Part shown: piece by piece, positions 18,290 through 28,721 of the stretch
Position numbering within the stretch: the stretch's first letter is position 1
How the letters are laid out: the number at the start of each line of letters is the position of its first letter
DNA from: an uncultured delta proteobacterium
GTDB lineage: Bacteria; Desulfobacterota; Binatia; Binatales; Binataceae
Assembly: GCA_963724765.1 (NCBI GenBank)
Contig: CAVRVY010000004.1
Coordinates: forward strand, 192,001 to 256,000
Direction: 5' to 3'
DNA length: 64,000 nt
The notes under the pieces: generated by a model
Seen by the model: only the letters and a program-made list of their open reading frames with translations
Told to the model about the DNA's origin: nothing
The model's database searches: none
Translations under genes and position numbers: made by a program

Positions 18290-19750
18290 ATGATCGAGAT
18301 CCAGTGCACAAGTTGTCAGACCCGCTATCGAATCGACGAACGGATTCTGCCTGAGGACACGCCTACGTTCAAATGCTCGCGTTGTGGGCATGTCTTTAGC
18401 GCCGAGCCGCGCCAGAAGGCGCCACGGCGCGCGAGCGCCGAGGCGCCGGTGAAATCCGCGCCGTCCTCCGTCGCCCCGGCGACGGAGGAGTCCCCACCAG
18501 CGGGCGGCGCGGCCGCGGGCGCCTCAGCGCCCGCAGCCGCACCGCCCGCGCAAGAGCCAGCCCCGCGACAGCGGGAGGAGGAGCCGCCGCCCGCCGCTGA
18601 CGCGGCGGTGGCGGCTCCTCCTCCTGCTACGCAGGGACCAGCGTCGCGGCCGCGCCAGGCGGGCGTAGCCGGCCGCCGCGCGGCCGCGACGCCGCCGCCT
18701 CCGGCAGCGGCGTCGCGCGCGGCAGAGCCGTCGCGCTCCGCGCCAGCGATGCAACGCGAGGAGCCCGCGGCGGTCCGTCCTGACATATATGACACCAAAG
18801 AACTGCTCCAGCGCCGCTTCGGTCTCATCCCTGACGATGGGGCCGACAAGCCAGGAGACAATCTCGCCTTCGATTTCAACGACGAATCCCAGTCGCCCGA
18901 TTCGACCGCTGATTCAACCTCGCGTACCTATGCGGAGGAAAAATGGGAGGTCGGCGATACTGACATTCCCCCACCGCCGCCCCCTCGTTCAAAGCGCCGC
19001 ATCCGCATCTCCGACATCGACGACGACCCGGAGGGAGAGCCCGGACTGGACCAGAGTTTCGGCCGCAATGAGGCCCGCGATCAGCGTTTGGATCGTGAGG
19101 CGGAGCAGGACTTCGAGCGCATACGTCCCGAGGAAGTCAGCGCGCAGGCGCACAGGCTGGAGACGGAACTGCGCGGCCGCTCGTACAAGCTTCATTCGGC
19201 CGGCTATTTCATCGGACTGTTCGCGATGGTGATCTTCGGCTTCGGGATCGTGACGATAGTGATCCAGAGCGCGCCGATCGCGAGCGCCGGACTGCTGAGC
19301 GCCCTGCCGATCGTCGGCGAGGGTCTCGAGCCACCGATCACGGCCGCCGAGCGCGTGGCGCTGGACCAGGTCCAGGCGCAGTACGCAAAGCTCAAGGGCG
19401 ACCAGACCGCATTGGTCATCAGCGGGACGGCCGAGAACCTGACCTCGGCGCCGCTCGGCGCGGTGCAGATCGAGGCGGCGCTGACCGCGTCCGGGCTGGA
19501 GCCGCTACGCAGCCAGGCGGTATACTGCGGCAACAGCCTGTCGTCGAAGATGATCGGCGAGATGACGCCGCACGAGATCGAGTTTTTCGAGAAGCTGGAC
19601 GCACCCAGGAACTTCACTCTTGCGCCGCAGGCGAGCGCGCCGTTCGTGATTGTCTTCATCGCGCCGCCCGCGGGCGCTGGCCACTTCCAACTGCGAATCG
19701 TGCGCGCCGACCCTGCTGCGGCGCCTCCGCCGTCTGCCGAGGGTGGCTAA
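18290..19750 (+). CDS. MJ0042-type zinc-ribbon, low-complexity linker, TM and DUF3426-like C-terminal domain protein
   Basis: CTSCQTRYRI...FKCSRCGHVF; Pro/Ala and acidic linker; single TM; C-terminal ISGTAEN...PFVIVF. Confidence 0.8.
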   Translation: MIEIQCTSCQTRYRIDERILPEDTPTFKCSRCGHVFSAEPRQKAPRRASAEAPVKSAPSSVAPATEESPPAGGAAAGASAPAAAPPAQEPAPRQREEEPPPAADAAVAAPPPATQGPASRPRQAGVAGRRAAATPPPPAAASRAAEPSRSAPAMQREEPAAVRPDIYDTKELLQRRFGLIPDDGADKPGDNLAFDFNDESQSPDSTADSTSRTYAEEKWEVGDTDIPPPPPPRSKRRIRISDIDDDPEGEPGLDQSFGRNEARDQRLDREAEQDFERIRPEEVSAQAHRLETELRGRSYKLHSAGYFIGLFAMVIFGFGIVTIVIQSAPIASAGLLSALPIVGEGLEPPITAAERVALDQVQAQYAKLKGDQTALVISGTAENLTSAPLGAVQIEAALTASGLEPLRSQAVYCGNSLSSKMIGEMTPHEIEFFEKLDAPRNFTLAPQASAPFVIVFIAPPAGAGHFQLRIVRADPAAAPPPSAEGG

Positions 19751-19754
19751 CGCG

Positions 19755-20144
19755 CTACTCCTTGTCCTTGGCGACCATCTCCTCGTACTCTTCGCCGTCC
19801 ATCAGATCTTCCAGTTCGCTGAGGTCGCTTACCCTAACCTTGATCAGCCAGCCGTCGCCGTAGGGGTCTTCATTGATCACCTCCGGGCTTTCGGGCAAGC
19901 CTTCGTTGACCTCGACCACGGTGCCGCTTACCGGCGCATAGATGTCGGAAACGGCCTTGACCGATTCGACCACTCCGAAGGGATCGTCCTTGCTGATCTT
20001 TTCGCCGACCGACGGCAGTTCGAGGTAAACGATCTCCCCGAGTTGGTCCTGCGCATGGTCGGTGATACCAATCGTCGCAACCGATTCTTCGGCGGCGACC
20101 CATTCATGCTCCTTCGAGTATTTGAGCCCCGGCGGAACTTCCAT
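19755..20144 (-). CDS. gcvH: Glycine cleavage system H protein
   Basis: [22 protein letters not shown] (lipoyl Lys), NEDPYGDGW. Confidence 0.96.
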   Translation of the reverse strand: MEVPPGLKYSKEHEWVAAEESVATIGITDHAQDQLGEIVYLELPSVGEKISKDDPFGVVESVKAVSDIYAPVSGTVVEVNEGLPESPEVINEDPYGDGWLIKVRVSDLSELEDLMDGEEYEEMVAKDKE

Positions 20145-20340
20145 ATCCTCCCCCTGAAACCCGCCTTCGGCGAGCCGGCGCCGCGATGGTGCGGTGTGGC
20201 TCTTACGTCCACGTACTTAATCACGCCCGGCGGAAATCCGCTTGTCAAGTTCCGGCGGGATACTATCCGAAGTTTTATGTTATGCGCACGCCCGCGGCGG
20301 TAAAGACGCGGCTAAACTCGCCCGAAAGGATTGGTTCAAG

Positions 20341-21447
20341 ATGATCGTCGGAGTACCCACCGAGATAAAGCCTGACGAGCGCCGCGTCGCGCTGACGCCG
20401 GCCGGCGCCGCCGCCTTTCGCAGCCACGGCCATCGCGTGCTCGTGCAAAGCGGAGCCGGCGCGGGCAGCGGCTTCAGCGACCGCGACTATAGCTCCGCTG
20501 GCGCGCAGATTGTGCGATCGGCCGCCGCGGTCTGGAAACGCGCGCGGATGGTGCTGAAGGTCAAGGAGCCGCAGCGCTCCGAATTCCGCTTCCTGCGCAG
20601 CGACCTCGTGCTCTTCACTTATCTTCATCTCGCGGCCGAGCCCGCGCTCACCCGCGAACTCGTGCGCTGCGGCACGGCGGCGCTTGGCTATGAGACCGTA
20701 CAGCTCGAAGACCAGAGTCTGCCGCTGCTCGCCCCGATGAGCGAAGTGGCCGGGCGGCTCGCGGTGCAGGTTGGCGGATGGTGTCTGGAGGCGCAGAACG
20801 GCGGATGCGGCGTGTTGCTGAGCGGAGCCTCGGGCGTGCGGCCTGCCCGCGTGGCGGTGCTGGGCGGCGGAATCGCGGGCGCCAACGCTGCGCGGGTTGC
20901 CGCCGGAGTCGGCGCCGAAGTGACGATCCTCGACGTCAATCCGACCCGCCTGCGCTACCTTGGCGATTTGCTGGACGGGCGTGTAACGACGTTGATGTCG
21001 AACCGGGCGACGCTGGAGGAGGAGGTGGTCAACGCCGACCTCGTGGTCGGGACGATATTGGTGGCCGGCGCGCGCACGCCGCGGCTGGTGACGCGTGCGA
21101 TGGTCTCACGGATGAAGCGCGGGGCGGCGCTGGTGGACCTGTCGATTGACCAGGGCGGATTGTCCGAGACCTCACGCCCGACCAGCCATCGGCGGCCGAT
21201 CTATGTTGCCCACGGCGTGGTCCACTACTGCGTGACCAACATGCCGGCAATCGTGCCGCACACCTCGACCTACGCACTAACCAATGCGACGCTGACCTAC
21301 GCGCTGGAACTCGCGGACCGCGGCGTACTCGAAGCGGGCGCGCGCAACGCGGCGCTGCGCAATGGAGTCAACACCTATGGCGGCCACGTTGTTCATCCAG
21401 CGGTGGCCGCGGCGCTGCACATGAAGCCGCACTCGCCGTGGGACTGA
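20341..21447 (+). CDS. ald: Alanine dehydrogenase
   Basis: GVPTEIK..ERRVALTP, KVKEP, FTYLHLA, PMSEVAG, IDQGG, HYCVTNMP. Confidence 0.96.
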   Translation: MIVGVPTEIKPDERRVALTPAGAAAFRSHGHRVLVQSGAGAGSGFSDRDYSSAGAQIVRSAAAVWKRARMVLKVKEPQRSEFRFLRSDLVLFTYLHLAAEPALTRELVRCGTAALGYETVQLEDQSLPLLAPMSEVAGRLAVQVGGWCLEAQNGGCGVLLSGASGVRPARVAVLGGGIAGANAARVAAGVGAEVTILDVNPTRLRYLGDLLDGRVTTLMSNRATLEEEVVNADLVVGTILVAGARTPRLVTRAMVSRMKRGAALVDLSIDQGGLSETSRPTSHRRPIYVAHGVVHYCVTNMPAIVPHTSTYALTNATLTYALELADRGVLEAGARNAALRNGVNTYGGHVVHPAVAAALHMKPHSPWD

Positions 21448-21463
21448 TTAAATACGGGGAGAA

Positions 21464-21565
21464 AGATTCATCGCTTCGCGGAGATCCTTTCGCTGATGCT
21501 CAGGATGACAGAGAGGGAGCTTTTTCGCTGTCATCCCGAACGAAGGTTGACGAAGTGAAGGATCG
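21464..21565. repeat. Decayed palindromic intergenic (REP/MITE-like) element
   Basis: GAGATCCTTTCGCT..GCTCAGGATGACA...TGTCATCCCGAACG...GAAGGATC; related copies at 38316-38491. Confidence 0.65.
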
Positions 21566-21646
21566 ACGCGGAGCGATTCTCGTGTCTATCGATATCCTGG
21601 CGCCGCGTGTAGCGAGCAAAATTGTTACCAGAGTCGATGCCCCCCC

Positions 21647-22414
21647 CTAATCCGCGTTCATCGTCGGCGGCATCGCCTGCGGCGACGCTGGAAGCGTGTA
21701 ACCGAGCTTTGATTTCAGATCGTCGAGCGCTTCATCGATGCCGCGCGAGGCGAGGTCCTGGGCGCGCACCCAGCGTCCGCGGTTGGCCAGGAAGTTGCCC
21801 ACGTTGAAGATGTTCTGAGTCAGCGCCTCCTGCTGGCGGGCGTAGCGCGCGGTCCACAGCACAACGCCGTTATGGACATCGATCAGGTGGAGCGCGAAGG
21901 CGACCGCCGCCGGACTCTTGGCGGCATAGTCGCTGCCCACGCGTTCCTGGTAACGGGTGACGGTGCCGAAGAGCACGGCGTCGGCGGAGAGCTGGCGACC
22001 GAGCTTCATCGCATTGTCCTGCATGTTGGCCAGCGTGGTCGGGGGCAGCTGCTGCATCACGCCGCGCACGTCGGATTCGGGCACCACTTCCCATCCCGAG
22101 ACCAGGGTAATTTGGCCCCAGACATCGGCGGTGATCGATTCGGCCGCGCCCTCCTCGATCGGCTCGCCGGTGGCGTTGGGATGATCGATGATCGGCATCA
22201 CGGCGACGCGATGCACTTTGATCGTACGGATGGCGCGCACCGAATGCAGCTCGAGCGACGAATCCTTTCCAACCAGCGGCAGCGACTCGACCGTGCCGGA
22301 CCACATCTGGCTGGCCGAAATACCACTGCCGCTGCTGCCGTTGCTGCTGCATCCGGGCGCCATCAGCGCCAGGCCGAGCGCCAGCACGTACGCGGCCGGC
22401 AAGCGAATTCTCAC
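21647..22414 (-). CDS. Lipoprotein of unknown function (CsgG/GNA1162-like alpha/beta fold)
   Basis: Signal peptide with lipobox-like MAPGC; RVAVMP, LGRQLSADAVLFGTV, HLIDVHNGVVLW. Confidence 0.7.
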   Translation of the reverse strand: MRIRLPAAYVLALGLALMAPGCSSNGSSGSGISASQMWSGTVESLPLVGKDSSLELHSVRAIRTIKVHRVAVMPIIDHPNATGEPIEEGAAESITADVWGQITLVSGWEVVPESDVRGVMQQLPPTTLANMQDNAMKLGRQLSADAVLFGTVTRYQERVGSDYAAKSPAAVAFALHLIDVHNGVVLWTARYARQQEALTQNIFNVGNFLANRGRWVRAQDLASRGIDEALDDLKSKLGYTLPASPQAMPPTMNAD

Positions 22415-24201
22415 GATGTCACCTTGATTGAAAGTTCGCGCAGCTGGCGCGCGTCGACCTCGGAGGGCGCCCCGCTCATCGGGTCGACCGCCTTCTGTGT
22501 CTTAGGAAAAGCCATCACGTCGCGCAACGAGTCGGTGCCGCAGAGCAGCATCGAAATTCGCTCCACGCCGAATGCGATTCCCCCGTGTGGCGGCGCACCA
22601 TAGCCCAGCGCCTCGATTAGAAAACCGAACTTGCGCATTGCTTCGTCACGCGAAAAACCCAGGTGCTCGAACACCTTGAGCTGGAGCTCGGGATGGTGAA
22701 TACGAATCGAACCGCCGCCCAACTCTTCGCCATTAAGTACCATATCGTAGGCGAGCGCGCGCGCCTTGAGCGGAGCGGAGTCCAGCAGGTCGAGGTCGTC
22801 GGGATGCGGCGCGGTGAACGGATGGTTGACCGCAACCATCCGCTTTTCCTCTTCGTTGTACTCGAGCAGCGGGAATTCGACCACCCACAGAAACTTCAGC
22901 TCGCCGGTCTCGCGCAGCTTGAACTTGCCGCCGAGCTGAAGGCGCAAGTCGCCCAGGATCGGACGCACGCGCTCGGGCGCGCCCGCCACCATCAGCAACG
23001 TGTCGCCCGCCACCAGGCCGGCCGCCTCTGCGGCGCGCGTCCGCTCGGCGGCGCCCAGATGGCGCGCGAGCGGCCCCTGCCATCCGTCGCTTGCGACTTT
23101 GGCGTATGCGAGGCCAAGCCCATAGCGTGCGCGCACGCCCTCGGTCATCTCGTCAAGCTCGCGGCGGCTCAACTGATGCGCCGCGGGGAGCACGATTCCG
23201 TAGATACTCTCGCCGCGGCCGAGCACTTCGGCGAAAACCTTGAACTGCGTGCCGACAAACGCGGCGCTGAGGTTCTTAAGCTCCATCGCGAAGCGCATGT
23301 CGGGTTTGTCGACGCCAAAGCGTTCCATCGCCTCCGCGTAAGGCAGGCGCAAAAACGGCAAGTTCAGCTCGACCCCGAGCACACGCCGGTAAATCTCCGC
23401 CATCATGCCCTCGCCCGTCGCCACCACGTCGTCCACGCGCGGACAGGTCAGCTCGATATCGATCTGGCTGAACTCGGGCTGGCGATTGGCGCGCAGGTCC
23501 TCGTCGCGAAAGCATCGCGCGATCTGATAATAGCGGTCGAAGCCGCTCACCATCAGGAGCTGCTTCAAAAGCTGCGGCGATTGCGGCAGCGCATAGAAGC
23601 GGCCCGGGTTGACGCGGCTCGGCACCAGGTAGTCGCGCGCGCCCTCGGGAGTGGCGCGCCACAGGATCGGAGTTTCGATTTCGACGAAGCCGTTCGCGTC
23701 GAGAAACGAGCGCGTGGCCTGCACGGCTAGCGCGCGCCGGCGCAGGTTGCGCTGCATCGAGGGCCGTCGCAGATCGATATAGCGATAGCGCAGGCGCAGG
23801 TCCTCGGCGGTGATGTTGGCGTCGACCGGAAACGGCGGCGGTTGCGAGCTATTGAGGATGTGCGCCTCGCTCACCGCGATTTCCACTTCGCCGGTCGGAA
23901 GCTCCGCGTTGACCGTACCCTCGGAGCGCATCACCACCTTGCCGCGCGCGGCAAGGTAATACTCCGAGCGGGCGCGCCCGGCTACCTCATGGGCCTCGGG
24001 AGCCTGCGCGGGGTTGAAGACGAGCTGAAGGAGGCCCTCGCGGTCGCGCAGATCGATAAAGATGAGTCCGCCGTGGTCGCGGCGCGAGGCGACCCATCCC
24101 CACAGTGCGACTTCGCGCCCGGCATCGGCGGCGCGCAGTGCGCCGCAATAGTCCGTGCGCTGCCAGGGCGGCAGCGGTGAATATTCGTGCGGGCTGGCCA
24201 T
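22411..24201 (-). CDS. aspS: Aspartate--tRNA ligase, likely non-discriminating (Asp/Asn)
   Basis: RRDHGG (His diagnostic of ND-AspRS), PEGARDY, LPQSPQ, FRDEDLR, GAPPHGG. Confidence 0.97.
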   Translation of the reverse strand: MASPHEYSPLPPWQRTDYCGALRAADAGREVALWGWVASRRDHGGLIFIDLRDREGLLQLVFNPAQAPEAHEVAGRARSEYYLAARGKVVMRSEGTVNAELPTGEVEIAVSEAHILNSSQPPPFPVDANITAEDLRLRYRYIDLRRPSMQRNLRRRALAVQATRSFLDANGFVEIETPILWRATPEGARDYLVPSRVNPGRFYALPQSPQLLKQLLMVSGFDRYYQIARCFRDEDLRANRQPEFSQIDIELTCPRVDDVVATGEGMMAEIYRRVLGVELNLPFLRLPYAEAMERFGVDKPDMRFAMELKNLSAAFVGTQFKVFAEVLGRGESIYGIVLPAAHQLSRRELDEMTEGVRARYGLGLAYAKVASDGWQGPLARHLGAAERTRAAEAAGLVAGDTLLMVAGAPERVRPILGDLRLQLGGKFKLRETGELKFLWVVEFPLLEYNEEEKRMVAVNHPFTAPHPDDLDLLDSAPLKARALAYDMVLNGEELGGGSIRIHHPELQLKVFEHLGFSRDEAMRKFGFLIEALGYGAPPHGGIAFGVERISMLLCGTDSLRDVMAFPKTQKAVDPMSGAPSEVDARQLRELSIKVTS

Positions 24202-24239
24202 CAAATTACGTCGCTGGAAGAATACCTGCGCCGGGCGGG

Positions 24240-25502
24240 CTACGGAATAGCGGGTTCGCCGCGAAGGTGGCCGAGTTCCGCGACGATCTGATGCTGAGCT
24301 ATTTCGCGTTGCACGCTCTGTTTAAGATCGCGCAACATGACGGCGCTGCGCTTAAGTTCCTCATCGCCGATAATCACCGCGTAGCGCGCGCCGATCTTGT
24401 CCGCGCGGCGCAGCAGCGCCTTGAGCCCGCGCCCGGGCGAGAGCAGCTCGACCCGCAGTCCCGCCGCGCGCATTTCGGCCGCCAGCGTCATCCCGCGGCG
24501 CATCGCGGCGTCGCCCAGGGCGGCCAGCGCCACGTCGGCGCGCGAATCAAACCGGGCCGCATCCAGCGCCAGGGCGAGTCGATCGATGCCGATTGCGAAG
24601 CCGGTCCCCGCGACCGCCGCACCGCCCAGCGACTCGACCAAGCCGTCGTAACGGCCGCCTGCCGCCACCGCGCTCTGTGCGCCGACCGCGGTCGAGGTGA
24701 CCTCGAAGGTAGTGCGCGTGTAGTAATCCAGCCCGCGCACCAGGCGCGAATTGACGGCGTGCGGCACGCCGGCGTCCGTCAGCAACTCGCGTACGGTTGC
24801 GAAATGCGCGCGGCAGTTGTCGCACAGGTAGTCCTGGCTCCTGGGCGCGGCCTCGGCCAGCTTGACGTCGATCTTGCAGTCGAGCAGGCGCAGCGGATTG
24901 CGCTCGAGGCGATGACGGCAATCCTCGCACAGCTCGGAGAGATGGGCGCGGCCGTATTCCAGCACCGCCTGGCGAAAGCGCGGACGGCATTCGCCGTCGC
25001 CCAGCGAATTGATCTCGAAATTCAGCTCCAGCCCGAGCTCGCGGCGCAACTCGTCTATCATCACCATCAGCTCGGCATCAGTGGCGGCGTCGGCGCGGCC
25101 GAAAATCTCCACTCCGAACTGCGAGAACTGGCGAAAGCGGCCCTTCTGCGGACGCTCGCGCCGGAACATCGGGCCAACGTAGTAGAAGCGCTGCTCGGGA
25201 TCGCTGCGGTCCATCCCGGTCTCGATATACGCGCGCACCACGCCCGGCGTACCCTCGGGCCGCAGCGCCAGCGTGGTCTCGGCCTCATCGCGGTCGACGA
25301 ACGCGTACATTTGCTTTTCAACGATATCCGAGGTCTCGCCGCTGGAGTGCTGGAACAGCTCCAGCCGCTCGAGCACCGGGATGCGGATTTCGCCGACGTT
25401 GTGGCGCTCGACCACCTTGCGCGCGCAGTCCTCGATCGTGGCGAGGGTGCGCGCCTGCACACCGAGCGTATCCTGGAATCCTCTAAGCCGTGTCAGTTGC
25501 AC
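24240..25502 (-). CDS. hisS: Histidine--tRNA ligase
   Basis: LRPEGT, FRRERPQKGRFRQF, LVRGLDYY, GGRYDGL. Confidence 0.97.
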   Translation of the reverse strand: MQLTRLRGFQDTLGVQARTLATIEDCARKVVERHNVGEIRIPVLERLELFQHSSGETSDIVEKQMYAFVDRDEAETTLALRPEGTPGVVRAYIETGMDRSDPEQRFYYVGPMFRRERPQKGRFRQFSQFGVEIFGRADAATDAELMVMIDELRRELGLELNFEINSLGDGECRPRFRQAVLEYGRAHLSELCEDCRHRLERNPLRLLDCKIDVKLAEAAPRSQDYLCDNCRAHFATVRELLTDAGVPHAVNSRLVRGLDYYTRTTFEVTSTAVGAQSAVAAGGRYDGLVESLGGAAVAGTGFAIGIDRLALALDAARFDSRADVALAALGDAAMRRGMTLAAEMRAAGLRVELLSPGRGLKALLRRADKIGARYAVIIGDEELKRSAVMLRDLKQSVQREIAQHQIVAELGHLRGEPAIP

Positions 25503-25595
25503 AGTGAGCCGAGCAGTTGATCAGTTAAACAGTTAAATCGGCGTTCTCGATGGCGGCGTCACGTCCCAGAGAATTTATCCGCGCAAGCGGACGAG

Positions 25596-25622
25596 AAAAA
25601 GGGCCGCCTCGCGGGCGGCCCT
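25596..25622 (-). terminator. Intrinsic terminator after the thiolase gene
   Basis: AGGGCCGCC-N5-GGCGGCCCT stem with a T-run on the minus strand. Confidence 0.75.
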
Positions 25623-25697
25623 CCATCCTATCAGCGAAAAATCGCGGCCGCTCGAACGACGGCCCATCCTGGACGAAGCAGAATCAGCGAGCCAGCA

Positions 25698-26861
25698 TCA
25701 AATCGTCAGGACATGAATCGTGCAGGCCGAGCCGAGCCCGATAACGTGGGCCTGTCCGACCTTGGCGTTAGGCACCAGACGATCCTTGGCGCGATCGTCT
25801 TCGGTGAGATGCCACACGACCTCGCAGATGTTGGCGACGCCGGTCGCGCCCAGCGGATGGCCCTTGCTGAGCAAGCCTCCCGAGACATTGACCGGGTCGT
25901 GGCCGCCGAGGCTCGGATGCTTGCCGCCGCCCGAGTCGATAAACACGCCGGCCTCGCCGTCGCCGCACAAGCCGAGGTTCTCGTAATGCACCAGTTCCGC
26001 CGTGGCGAAGCAATCATGCAGCTCGGTCAGCGCGATATCCTTGGGGCCGACGCCCGCCTTTTCGTAGGCCTGCTTGGAGGCGCGCCGCGTGAGCGTGCTC
26101 ACGTCGGGAAGCGCCGCGGTGCGGTCGGTCCACGGGTCGGAGGTCAACACGGAGGCCGCCACGCGCGGACGCTTGCGGCCGGCGGCGAGCTGCTTGAGCT
26201 TGCTCTCGGAGACCAGGATCGCGGCCGCCGCGCCGTCGCCGGTGGGGCAGCACATGTAGAGCGTGTTGGGATACGAAATCATGCGCGCGTTGAGCACGTC
26301 CTCGAGCGTGACCTCGTTGCGATACTGCGAGTACGGATTCTTGGTGGCGTGCTGATGGGACTTCACCGAGATCTTGGCGAAGTGCTCCATCTTGGTGCCG
26401 TACTTGCGCATGTGCTCGATCCCGGCCTGTCCGAACACCGCCGGCATCAGGCCCGAGCCCAGCCTGCCCTCCGCGCTGTAGGCCGGATCGCTGCCGCCGC
26501 CGCCACCGCCAAGCAATCCCTGCTTGCCCATCTGCTCGACGCCAACCGCCATCGCGACGTCGTACATCCCCGACGCGACCGCCATGAAGGCCTCGCGAAA
26601 CGCGGTCGAGCCGGTGGCGCAGGCGTTGGCGACATTGACCACCGGGATACCGGTCTGGCCGATTTGCTGCAGGATGCGCTGGCCCACCATAGCGTTGGAC
26701 TGGTAGAGGTTGCCGCAGGCGAACATCTCGACGTCCTTGATTGTGACGCCGGCGTCCTTGAGCGCGAGGATAGCAGCCTCGCCGCCGAGCTCGGGCACCG
26801 TCTTGGTGGGATAGCGGCCGAACTTGATCATTCCGGTTCCCAGTACGTAGACGTTTTGCAT
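25698..26861 (-). CDS. SCP2-type thiolase family protein
   Basis: NACATG, ELHDCF, SGGLLSKGHPLGATG. Confidence 0.92.
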   Translation of the reverse strand: MQNVYVLGTGMIKFGRYPTKTVPELGGEAAILALKDAGVTIKDVEMFACGNLYQSNAMVGQRILQQIGQTGIPVVNVANACATGSTAFREAFMAVASGMYDVAMAVGVEQMGKQGLLGGGGGGSDPAYSAEGRLGSGLMPAVFGQAGIEHMRKYGTKMEHFAKISVKSHQHATKNPYSQYRNEVTLEDVLNARMISYPNTLYMCCPTGDGAAAAILVSESKLKQLAAGRKRPRVAASVLTSDPWTDRTAALPDVSTLTRRASKQAYEKAGVGPKDIALTELHDCFATAELVHYENLGLCGDGEAGVFIDSGGGKHPSLGGHDPVNVSGGLLSKGHPLGATGVANICEVVWHLTEDDRAKDRLVPNAKVGQAHVIGLGSACTIHVLTI

Positions 26862-26960
26862 TTCGGATTCTCCTGCCGGGCGACCCGGCGATGGGGCGCG
26901 CTTAGCTCCGCCCCCGATCCCAATATCGCGTAATCTTTAAACTATAGCTCTATTTCAGGC

Positions 26961-27404
26961 TTATTTCCTGCTCGGCTTGAAGGCGAACGCCACCACGTCG
27001 TGGCCCTCGCGATCCTTGGCCACGACGTTGGTGACCATCTCGACCGGCATATCGAACATCTGCTTGGGATTCTTCTGCGCGTCCTCGGGATCGACGTCGA
27101 TTATGTTGCTGCGCACGCTGACACCCTCGGGCAGGTCGACGATCGCCGTGATGTAGGGCGTCTTGATTCCGGGGAACGACTGGTGCACGACCGAGAAGAC
27201 GTAGACCTTGCCCTTGTCGGAAAGCTGGATCGGCTTGAAGCCCTCGGTCGCGCCGCACTTGGAGCAGGCAATCCGCGTGGTATCGATAAAAACCGAGCCG
27301 CAGGTCCCGCATTTCGAGCCCATCAGATGCGGTTTGGGTTGAAGCTTGAGAAAGGGAACGATCGGACGCGGACCGCTATCGATTGCTTGAGCCTGCTCAG
27401 CCAT
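26961..27404 (-). CDS. DUF35-type Zn-ribbon/OB-fold thiolase partner
   Basis: CGTCG...CSKCG, GKVYVFSVVH, PYITAIVDLPEG; adjacent to the thiolase. Confidence 0.88.
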   Translation of the reverse strand: MAEQAQAIDSGPRPIVPFLKLQPKPHLMGSKCGTCGSVFIDTTRIACSKCGATEGFKPIQLSDKGKVYVFSVVHQSFPGIKTPYITAIVDLPEGVSVRSNIIDVDPEDAQKNPKQMFDMPVEMVTNVVAKDREGHDVVAFAFKPSRK

Positions 27405-27682
27405 TACGATGCCTCCAGAACTTCGAGATCCATGCCACGTCGGCCAGCGCGACTAGGGCGCCAACGACGAGGGGACGGCGACGACAAAAAACGTAAAAAC
27501 GCCCGGGAGGCGGTCAATTCGCCACTTCCCGGCCGCACAGTGAAGTTTCCCACAGCCGCCAGCGAAGCGTCAACCCTGAGAATTCTACCGCGAAGTCGGA
27601 TAGCCCTGAAATCTTCGGCATTTGGGCACGTCGAGCGACGTTCGGGCGAATCTTGTCAGGCTCGCTTCCACGAAACGAGACT

Positions 27683-28651
27683 TCACATCGAGTCCCAGAA
27701 CTCGGCCATGCGGCGGCGAGCGGCAGCGTCGGGCATCGGTGCGTACCCCGTTTTGAGATCGTCGGCCAGATGCGCCAGGTCGGCGGTCGCCGGAATCACG
27801 CAGGTCACCGCAGGATGCGACACGATATATTTTAGGAAGAACTGTGCCCAGCTCGCGCATCTGAGTTCCGCCGCCCACGGCGGCAGAGTTTTTCCGCGCA
27901 CCTGGCGGAACAGGCCGCCGCCGCCGAACGGACGATTCACCATCACCGCGACGCGGCGCTCGGCCGCCAGCGGCAGCATCCGCTTTTCCGCGTCCCGCAC
28001 GTCAATTGAACAGGGCAACTGCACGAAGTCGATTTCCTCGCGCTCGATTATGCCGGCGAGGTCGGCGAACGCCGACGGCGTATAGTGGGTAATCCCGACG
28101 TATCTCACCTGCCCCGCTTCTTTCATCTTGCGGAGCGTCGCGAGTTGCGTGCGCCAGTCGACCAGGTTGTGAATCTGCATCAGGTCGATGACGCGCGTCT
28201 TCAAAAGCTCGGCCGAGCGCCGCATCTCGGCGATTCCTTCCTCGCGCCCGGAGGTCCATACCTTAGTCGCGAGAAACGCGCGCTCGCGGTCGTGCATTTT
28301 CGCGAGCAGCTCACCGACGACGGCCTCGGCCCGCCCATACATCGGCGAGCTGTCGATCACCTTGCCGCCGCCGTCGAAGAAGAGCCGCAGGACCGCGCTC
28401 AGGTTCTCCAAAGCGGCCGGATTGTTGCTGACGTCAAACGTCTGCCAGGTGCCAAGCCCGATCACCGGCAGCATCTCGCCGCTTTTGGGTATTGGCCGCG
28501 AAATCATCTGGCCATTGGGGCCGTTGGTTTTGTCCATTGCGATAGTCTCCGAAGCGCCCGCGAGGCCGCCGAGCGCCACGGCACCCAGCGCGCCCGCAAT
28601 GACACGCAAGAACTCGGCCCGCGACAGCGTCACGGAAATCGCTTTTACCAT
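27683..28651 (-). CDS. Aldo/keto reductase with Tat-like leader
   Basis: GLGTW, DSSPMYG, ATKVW, DLMQIHN. N-terminal SRAEFL followed by a hydrophobic stretch. Confidence 0.9.
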   Translation of the reverse strand: MVKAISVTLSRAEFLRVIAGALGAVALGGLAGASETIAMDKTNGPNGQMISRPIPKSGEMLPVIGLGTWQTFDVSNNPAALENLSAVLRLFFDGGGKVIDSSPMYGRAEAVVGELLAKMHDRERAFLATKVWTSGREEGIAEMRRSAELLKTRVIDLMQIHNLVDWRTQLATLRKMKEAGQVRYVGITHYTPSAFADLAGIIEREEIDFVQLPCSIDVRDAEKRMLPLAAERRVAVMVNRPFGGGGLFRQVRGKTLPPWAAELRCASWAQFFLKYIVSHPAVTCVIPATADLAHLADDLKTGYAPMPDAAARRRMAEFWDSM

Positions 28652-28721
28652 ATCGGCCGCAGTTACCCCGAATTATCCGCGATGCGCTAGACTTCGATCA
28701 GTTTGCAGGGGAGGTAGCGCT

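Noticed and set aside
20263-20290. XerC-arm match (reverse complement CGTGCGCATAA) between gcvH and ald
   Set aside because: No XerD arm at 6-bp spacing; more likely part of the ald promoter.
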